64,000 nucleotides of DNA from Carcharhinus longimanus (lineage: Eukaryota): NCBI GenBank assembly GCA_030264375.1, contig JASCQW010000168.1:12805574-12869573 (forward strand). The letters run 5' to 3'. Below the pieces are notes generated by a model that saw nothing but the letters and a program-made list of their open reading frames with translations, did no database searches and had not been told where the DNA came from. This document shows positions 55,533 through 64,000 of the stretch, piece after piece (the stretch's first letter is position 1; the number at the start of each line of letters is the position of its first letter). The position numbers were made by a program, and so were the translations under genes.

Positions 55533-56084
55533 AATTTACATTGCGAATTCTTATAACTTTTTTCATGACTATCGAGCTGTGGGTTATTGGTCAAGCTACA
55601 AGCCAATAGCAGTTATCTTTCTTATTCGCCATCACGAGCAAGTACAGATCAGGGGTTATCCCACATTCCAAACAACACATGTTGGAATTTTCTTCTCATT
55701 CCATTAACACCAAAGTATAATGTTTTTTACACTTGAATTGATGAATTGTAATGACTTTAATGAGGCACAGGTCTCTCGGAGTATGAGCTCCCTGATTGAC
55801 TCGGGTATTGCCAACCCAATCAGGAACCTCATCTGTATCTAAAACCAGGAGTGTCAGCTTCACTGGCAGTCTGGATTCTGACTGTGCACCAGAAGCACTC
55901 TGTGAGTGGGACAGAGTGTGTAACTACAGGGAATCTGGTGAAGGATCCCCAGCCTCTACAGAGTTATTTCATGAATAGTCTCCTTCTTTGGCGTAATAAT
56001 GCTGTTATCCCATGAATCACCTGGTATTACTGATCATATTGACCTGGCTGAAACCCAGTGTGTGTGGCAGGAGGGAGCGTCTTT

Positions 56085-56562
56085 TTCATTCTTTCACAGG
56101 ATGTGTGGGTCACTGGCAAGGCCAGCAGTTCCTGCCACCTCTGATCTCCCCACAGAAAGTGGCAGTGAGCTGCTTTCCTGAGCCACTGCAATCCATGTGG
56201 CATAGGTACAACCCCTGTGCTGTTAGGGAGGAAATTCCAGGATTAAAGTTTTTATAAGTTTAAAGTTTATTTATTAGTGCCACAAGTAGGCTTACATTAA
56301 CACTGCAATGAAGTTACTGTGAAAATCCCCTAGTNNNNNNNNNNNNNNNNNNNNNNNNNNNNNNNNNNNNNNNNNNNNNNNNNNNNNNNNNNNNNNNNNN
56401 NNNNNNNNNNNNNNNNNNNNNNNNNNNNNNNNNNTACGTAGACAAGGGAATCAAGCAGACGGGAAAGTGTTGAGGCCACAATCAGAGCAGCCATCATCTT
56501 ACTGAATGGTCGGTTGAGCTCAGAGGGCCGAATGGCCTACTCCTTCGTCTTTGTTCCTACCC
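56085..56562. mobile_element. Cluster around a gap: LINE tail (-), V-SINE tail (-), CR1 3' end (+)
   Basis: 56085-56240 matches the reverse of ~49310-49500; 56255-56334 matches the reverse of the 40128 tail; 56435-56562 is a CR1 terminus. Confidence 0.7.
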
Positions 56563-57547
56563 CAAAAAGGGCACGTTTAGCCACAACCTCTGAAAAGCAT
56601 TTATTGGCGCAGAAAAACTTTTTCGTTTTTCACAGTAAACATCCTTGCAGCTCCTCTACATAAGAATAACAATTAGTAGGGATGATGTGTGTGTCTGAAT
56701 CACTCAATCACAGATCATCTTTGATTTCAGTGAGTGGGAGCCTATGTACTTACATTAGGTATATGCCTCACTATCTGGGGACATGGAAATGGGCAGATAA
56801 CCACTGACAAATAATTTTTCATCAAAAGTACATCATGCAATAGAGAGCCGTTTAATTTAAATGGCAAGCACTCAAGAAAAGTCCTTTTTTTTGTTCCTTT
56901 CAATTCATTCTTAGAATGTTGCTGCAGAATTAGGCTTAAGTTTTCAGTCAGATACTTAATTCCAATCACAATGAATGTGAAAGAGATGCTAATTGCTTAT
57001 CACCTCAGACAAGCTCCATAAAGGACAACACATCTCATCACTTAAGCACCCTGGAGCCTGCACTAATCTTCCTGCTTCAAATTAAATAATAGACAGAAAG
57101 AGATTAACAATTGTACATTCATTTCCAGAATGCTCAGCACTTTTAAGCATTCAACAATCCCTATTAATTTCCTAAAAAAAGACAAATCTTACAGAGTATG
57201 CCTTGATATTTTGGGTCCCTGGAAGAATTATAAGTAAGCGGGGGCTTGTGGGTGTGAGGTGCTGGTTGAGTGAGGACACTGAATCAAATCCGAGGTTTTG
57301 ACCAGGAGAGAAAGAAGGGCGACATAACTCATGGATCCATCTGTCAGATTCCTGGCAGGCAACCACTATCCAGTTTCTGCAGCACTTTAATTGCATGAAT
57401 GGTACTCTCGTGATCCGATACAGGCTTAATGAAGCACAAAAATGAATTAAAAATGACAATGCAATCATTTAGAAGGCAGCAGATCAAAATATAAAAAAAA
57501 CGATGCATTCTGTAAAATTTCACCCCATCAAACACAATGCAGTTGGA

Positions 57548-57858
57548 CTAGCGAGTAGTCTCACGACACGAGGTTCAAGTCCAACATGTTTATTTGGTAG
57601 CATGAGCTTGTGGAACGCTGCCCCTTCATCAGGTGAGTGCAGGATTTGGTTCACAAACAGGGCATAGATAGACACAAACTTAATTACAAGATGATGGTTG
57701 GAACCTGAGTCTTAACAGGTAATCAAGTCTTTGTAGGTGCAGACAATGTGAGCGGAGAGAGGGTTAAGCACAGGTTAAAGAAATGTGAATTGTCTCCAGC
57801 TAGGATAATTAGAGAGATTTTGCAAGCTCAGGCAAATCGTGGGGGTTACAGGTATGAT
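57548..57858 (-). mobile_element. Penelope-like element pseudo-LTR fragment with a decayed hammerhead core
   Basis: Minus: cacCTGATGAaggggcagcgttccACAAgctc...aataaacatgttggact; matches the recalled vertebrate PLE end. Confidence 0.7.
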
Positions 57859-57899
57859 TTTAATATATTTTGGTGTTCTGTCTGATGTTGACAGCTCCA

Positions 57900-58155
57900 C
57901 GTTTGTTGTTTGAAGTTACTGTGAAAATTCCCTAGTCGCCACACTCTGGCGCTTGTTCTGGTACACTGACAGAGAATTTAGCATGGCCAATGCACCTAAC
58001 TAGCACGTCTTTTGGACTGTGGGAAGGAACTGGAGCACCTGGAGGAAACCCATGCAGACACAGGGAGAACGTGCAGACTGTGGACAAGCAGTGACCGAAG
58101 TTGGGAATCGAACCCTGGTCCCTGGCGCTGTGAGGCAGCAGTGCTAACCACTGTT
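57900..58155 (-). mobile_element. HE1-related V-SINE (39822-type tail)
   Basis: Reverse complement aligns to 39822-40128. Confidence 0.9.
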
Positions 58156-58896
58156 CCAGCCCACGTTTATGAATTTAACGTCTCATCTGAAAGCTGGCAC
58201 CTCTAACCATACAACATTCCCACAAAATTGTACCGGAGTGACAGCCTGGATATTGTACCGCAATCTCTGAAGAGCGAGTTTCTTTTTTCTGTGGCAGGTG
58301 AGTGAACTGTTGGGTTTTTATGTTCACCTGACAGCTTCATAGTCTCAAATGACTAGATTTATTAAATTCAAATGACTAACTTGCTGTGGAAATGGACTCC
58401 CTTCTCTAGATTTGTGGGCCTGTCCCATAAACTCTGGGCTATTTTACCCTCTTTTGTGACTGCCAACAATTTTATAGTAATATATTTATTATTGATTTTA
58501 TATATGTGACAGAAATCCAATACAAAATGTGCACTTGGACTCCACCAATGCGTAAGAATACAATAGTGATTGTGTTTTCTTCAGTGTTCAAAATGGGTTG
58601 AATGGCCTCAAAATTATCACTGAGCCAGAATGGATTCCACACTAAAGACTGGGTACATAAACCAGGCAAATACTTCAGTGCAATACCCAAGGGAAGTTGA
58701 AATATGGAGATATCGTCTTTCGGATGGAGGTGTTAAACTGAGGTTCTATCTTTCCTCTCTGCTGAACATAAAACAAAATCCCGCGACTGTTGGTTCCATT
58801 TCCCTATTGTTCATTTGGCTGAATCAAGCAATACATGATTTTAGTCTTGGAATTAAAGAGCTTCAAGCTCAACCAAAACCCAAGTATATTACTGAC

Positions 58897-59095
58897 CTCA
58901 AATCTGAGAATGCTGGAAATACTCAGCAGGTGTGGCTGCATCTATGGAGAGAGGAAACGCGTTCATACTTTGAATTGAATACGATGCTTCGACTCAGCAC
59001 ATTAATTCCGTTTTTCTCTCTCCACAGATGCCGCCAGGCTTGCTGTGCATCTTCTGTTTTTAGTTCAGGTTTCCAGCATCTGCAGGATTTCTCTT
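58897..59095. mobile_element. Older palindromic Penelope-related element, both arms
   Basis: aatgctggaaatactcagcagg...catctatggagaga / tctctccacagatgccgccagg. Confidence 0.7.
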
Positions 59096-59877
59096 TTAAA
59101 TCACTAAACCGCCGAGTTTCAGCTCAGAAATGATCACTGCTCTCTGCCACTATCTCATTTGCCACACGGTCCCTCATGAGGGTCAATATCCCAAATGTTC
59201 CAGACAACTTAAAACTAATGCAGTTTCGTCCTACAAAAACCTCAACTTATCCATAAGTCCCCCACTCTCTTCCTCTCCTATACGGAGTAACCCTCAACCA
59301 TCATACTGTCTTGGCTAACCCATCTCAGTGAAATCATTTCTAAAATATTGCCCTCATTTAAAATGCCTCCAGTCCATAATCTCACTTAGTAAATTACTTG
59401 TTGTTGCATGTTGTTGTGGCAGTCTAAGGAAGAGGTTCAGGGGCTTAGAGTCTGAACAATAACTGTTTGCTGTAGAACATAACTATGTACAGATATGCAA
59501 GATAGCAGGCTTCTTCATTCCAAGCCATGACCTATTTCTACTCAGACTACTACCAGACTTGCTTTACATCATCATACGGGTTATATTGTTTCCCCAGTCC
59601 CACATTAACCTCTTCGATATTGAGTCTTCTCTGAATCTGGGCTGCTGCAAGCCTGCCTCTCTCTCCCAACCACATTTGGTGACAAAATTTTCTGTCATCA
59701 GAATCCTGTGTTCTGAAATTTCCTTCTCAAATCCCCTGGATGTCAACATCACTGTTCACATCTTCAACATTCTTCCAATCCACTTCTTCAGCCGCATTTT
59801 TGCTCATCTCTCTTCATTATTCCCTCAATTCCTGCTTGATGTCCAAATTCAAACCCCTGCTCGTTCACTTGGTAAAA

Positions 59878-60622
59878 TGTTAGGGTGCCACATCAGGAAC
59901 CTCAAGGTATACCATGAAGCCAGACTAGACCCCAACAATCTTTCTAGTTTGGCATTAGTGTGAGGGAAGGATGCTTCACCTCAGGAATGATTCCACTGAC
60001 AAATAAGGGATCTTTCATCAAAACAAGCTTCATTCATAACACAGTTTAAGTATAACTCTAAAACATTGAACAATTGAAACAAACTTTTAACTTACTACTA
60101 TTCAGTTCCAATTTAACATCTATCTTATTACTATTTAGTTCCAATTTCATTTCTAACTTATTACTATTCAGTTCCAATAAAGGAAAACCTTGCTTATAGA
60201 CTTAAATTTAAAATTAGTTAGAAAATTTAGGCATACTTCATTGACTTGGGTTACAGCCCTGGTGCTTTCAGAAAGCTTCTGGAGAGAGAGAAAACCTCTT
60301 CTTTATACCAGCTCCAGGCAGCAACTTCCCTTCTTAAAAGGAAAATGAAATTGCTTTTCTGCTACAAGCCTGGCTCCTCCCATTTCCAGCATCACATCAC
60401 ATGACCCTGTTCCTGTTTTCTTAACTCACTTTATTACTTTAATCAAAAACATCCATTAAGTCTTCTGCTAAATAAACACTTACATGGGTAAAAGGAGTAA
60501 TTATTCTGCTTTCTCAGTATCTGCTGCATTCCTGCCAGACAAACGGACTGCTTGTAACAAAACACTACCTCTTAAAGCAGTCCCCCACTTAAATGTAAAA
60601 TATATTAATAACACAGTATCAC
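59878..60622 (-). mobile_element. Solo LTR, same family as 31196-31798
   Basis: TG...CA ends, possible aaaa TSD; colinear with 36760-37560; internal ~33-bp tandem triplication. Confidence 0.7.
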
Positions 60623-60979
60623 AAAAAGCAAAATATTGCAGATGCTGGGAAAAAAAAACTTTATTTCTCTCTCCTCAGACATTACCAGACACAGTTTTTT
60701 CACCATTTTCTGTTTTTGCCCACTTTGGGATGGTAATGTTAAAAGCAGTATATAATTTTTATTGTTGTTACTTGACATTTAAGTATAACTTGTTGACCCA
60801 TTTTTCATGGAGATATTTTTGAGCAAGGATAATTTGATCTTTCAAACACTTATATGATCTGGAGTGAAAGAATATTTGTCTTGATTCCAAAATTATTATA
60901 CAAACCATTTTGTATGCAAATTCACAAGACAATTCAATAAAGCGCATATTCCTAAGTGAAAACTATTGTCCAACTTAAC

Positions 60980-61385
60980 TATGGTTCAATCAGTAGCACT
61001 CTCACCATTGGGTCAGAGGGTTGTGGGTTCACAAGCACAAAGATCTGGGTTTACACTCCTGTGATACAGAGGGAGTGTTGCAGGTGCTATCTTTCAGATG
61101 AACATTAAAGAAAAGCTTTGTCTTGTGTCTAAAATGGGCATCAAAGATCCCAAGGCACTGTTTTTAAGAAGAGCAGGGGAGTATCCCCAGAAACCGGGCT
61201 GGTATTTCTTCCTCAATCAACATCACTAAAACAGATTATCAGACCATTGTCACATTGCTGTTTATGGCAGTTTGCTGTGTGCAATAGAGCTGCCACATTT
61301 TCCACATCATAACAGTGACTATTCTTCAAAATTACTTCATTGGCAGCAAAACACTTTAGAGAATCCTGAGGCTGTGAAAGGCGAG
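60980..61385 (+). mobile_element. DeuSINE (SacSINE1-like)
   Basis: tRNA-like head; Deu-like gaagagcagggga...cctcaatcaacatcactaaaacagattatc...cacattgctgtttatgg; L2-type tail. Fragments at ~54050-54180, 58170-58280, 58680-58800 and 41570-41650. Confidence 0.75.
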
Positions 61386-62634
61386 ACTTTCTTGCTCTTA
61401 ACTTTTTTTGCTATTGAAAAAAATAAACATTTCAGTTTGTGCAAATCACTTACTCATTAAGAGATGCAGTTTCAATATCCAATTCCACAAATTATCTTTA
61501 TGCTAACATATGTTACAGAAGAAAGCTAGGTGTACATAACTGCACTAAATGTTTTGTTGGTATTGCTATGTTAAGGAATGCCATCTGACAGCCACGTTCA
61601 AATTGCAGTAAAATGCTGGAGCTCCAGTCTGAGCAAAGGATTGTGACACTCCCTTAAGGAATTAGTCTCACACTGAGCTTAACACCATACAATGCATTAG
61701 AATTCAACTGTTCTGACTGTTGCGTCTCCTAAGCACTTTTTAAAACTTACTTAGCATTGATTTCACGTGAACAAAATGTACCTTCCCATTTCACTCTTAA
61801 AATTTAACAGCAGAAAGGGGAGCACTAGCTAAGCCTTTAGCACATAGCTCTGCCTTGGGCCTGACAATTTCAATCAAAGCCAAGCAATATAAACTAGGTA
61901 CTAACTGGCTGGTTGAATCTCAAGCCAATACCTGCAACATAAATGCACCTGCTTAATTCCGGAAAAGCTCGCAAAAACTTGAGGATCCAAGTATCTCATC
62001 ATAGCTTTCAGGGAAATCTCAATGGGCCTCTCTGCTTTGATCGCCTGTCTGTTTGCCACGCATTATTGTTTATATACTACATCTGGCCTTTAGAACAGTG
62101 GTTTATGACTCCAACAAATGACAAACAGAAAAATTGCTTTGTGTTGCATTAACATGGAGGTACCGCCAAAAGCATCAATCACCTAGTCAACAACTCGTGC
62201 TGTGAATGTAATGAGCATTCCATTGTAAGAATGATGTTAGTTATCATTAGTGACTGTCCCTCTGTGTGGAACCATACCAACCCTTACGTTCATAATTAGT
62301 AAATTAGATTCTAAGCACAATGCCATGTGTTATCACCAAGTAACTTTTAGGTCCACTATCGGCTTTAAGAATATTAAACTGTGAAGCTTTCAGCTTGGGT
62401 CTCTCAAGCAGAAGTCTTAGGGAAGAGGATCCTTACAGTTGGAATAGTTGAATGGATCATTGAGCACAAAAATCCAGAACCTGAAAGAAATTCTGACAGA
62501 TTAAAGCTGAAGTTAGTGGGGGGCAATCTCAGAGCTGAAGCGGTACATAGAATGATTTTCACTAATCCCAGCAATTCCCCGAGATTGTAACATGCAGTGA
62601 AGGTGGTTAAGCAAATAGCCTCCTGTCAGGTCTC

Positions 62635-63062
62635 AGTGCATTTGATCCAATTGGTCTATGCTTATGTTAATGTTCCGCACAAGCTTCCTCTCACTCTTAA
62701 TCTAACCTCATCAACATATCCTATTCATCTCCCTACACATTTATCAAACTTCTGTTTAAATGCATCTGTGCTATTGTCTCAACTATTCCTTGTGGTTTTG
62801 AATTCCACATTGTACCCCATCTCTGGGTGAAGAAATTTTTCCTGACTTCCTTATTGGATTTATTAGTAACTATCTTACAATTATGACCCCCAGTTCTGGA
62901 CTCCCCCACAAATGGGAACATCTTCAGTCTGTCTATGCCCTATAATACACTTTCATAATCATAAAAAACCTCTGTCAGGTAGTCCCTCCACCTTCTCTTT
63001 TCTAGAGAAAAAAGGCCCAGAATTCAGTCTTTCCCAATAGACATAACCTCTATGCTCCGGTA
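62635..63062 (-). mobile_element. CR1 3' end
   Basis: MFPFVGESRTGGHNCKIVTNKSNKEVRKNFFTQR. Confidence 0.85.
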
Positions 63063-63077
63063 TTTCCCCTTGTGATA

Positions 63078-63987
63078 ATCTTTAAACAATTAAACAGCCT
63101 GAATTAGAAAAAATGCTCAAAGGTTATCTAGAAAATCTGTTCCTCATCAGTGAGCTAATGAAGGATCAGCAGGAAGGAACTAAGTAATAAATAACTCCAC
63201 CCATGTTAGAGTTCAACTTGATTGGAACCACATTTCTGTCCACATAATTGTTTACTATGTTCTTTAAAGGGGCACCATCTTAATGAATAAATGTGTGACA
63301 AATCTACTCTCCCCAATTTCTCTATGAACACATAAAATATCACAAATTAAACCAGAAGTATCATATCAATTGTCAGTATTACCACAGTGACAAAAATTAT
63401 AAACAGACAATAAGCTAAAAGTTCTCATTCATCTTCTATTATGGAGTGGCACTTTAAGACTCAACCTCAATTGCCCTTGACATTCTAACACTGAGTGCTG
63501 CTGGAAGTGGAGATGAGTGACAGGCTTGTGTTTTTTAGGCATCAGGTGATGTTGGATGTCAGGACTGTGAGGGCTCGTACAAGCAGGTCGCAGGCTGATG
63601 TGGGCAGTTAATTTGTTTGAATTTCCTTCCAAATCCTGGCATTTCTCCTAGATTGTGACCTACAACTCAGGTGGTTAAGGGCAACTTGCCTCTTGTCAGG
63701 TCGCAGCCAGCATCCTGAGCCTGACATGCCCTTCAGATATCCCCTTGGAGGAGGCTGCCATTTGCTTCTCTAAAGCAGTGAGGCAACTGTCAACTGTCCA
63801 CTCTCCTTCAAGAATGGAGCACTGCACAGGGAGATTGAGATTAGGGAAGAAGTGAAGACAAAAAGCAAGCAAGCTCAGGACAAAAATAAACAGAGGCACA
63901 TCTTTAAACAATTAAAAAGCCTGAATAAGAAGAAATGACCAAGAGTTATAGGGGGAAGAAAACAGTTTCTTCATGTAGAAGCTAATG
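63078..63987 (+). repeat. Pair of diverged ~85-bp direct repeats (63078-63160 and 63900-63987)
   Basis: atctttaaacaattaaa.agcctgaat.agaa.aaatg...gctaatg at both sites. Confidence 0.85.
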
Positions 63988-64000
63988 TTGTCAGGCACTA

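Noticed and set aside
60090-60180. Regularly spaced repeats, superficially CRISPR-like
   Set aside because: An AT-rich tandem triplication within an LTR; eukaryotic context, no unique spacers, no cas genes.

Overview
Repeat-rich vertebrate genomic DNA, most likely a shark or other elasmobranch (inferred from HE1-type V-SINEs, SacSINE1-type DeuSINEs and abundant CR1). The whole window lies inside a minus-strand BK/Slo1 potassium channel gene (KCNMA1). Three consecutive coding exons with canonical AG/GT boundaries are present: 32061-32136 (S4), 14933-15008 (S5) and 11633-11803 (turret, pore and start of S6). They splice in frame. I could not find the preceding S2-S3 exon or the following S6/C-linker exon. 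The rest is intron filled with decayed mobile elements: a near-full-length CR1 with an esterase ORF1, a ~5 kb L1/Tx1-type LINE, several SINE families, solo LTRs, a Gypsy gag remnant, Harbinger remnants, a Tc1/pogo-type MITE and Penelope-related palindromes. Best leads: a 48-nt frame-preserving candidate cassette exon (47250-47297) that would extend the S3-S4 linker; a 146-bp near-perfect hairpin between the S5 and pore exons; a templated insertion of nearby intron DNA into a CR1; and palindromic elements with hammerhead-like cores. No new biological system is demonstrated. Repeat boundaries are approximate and were called by eye from recalled consensus sequences.
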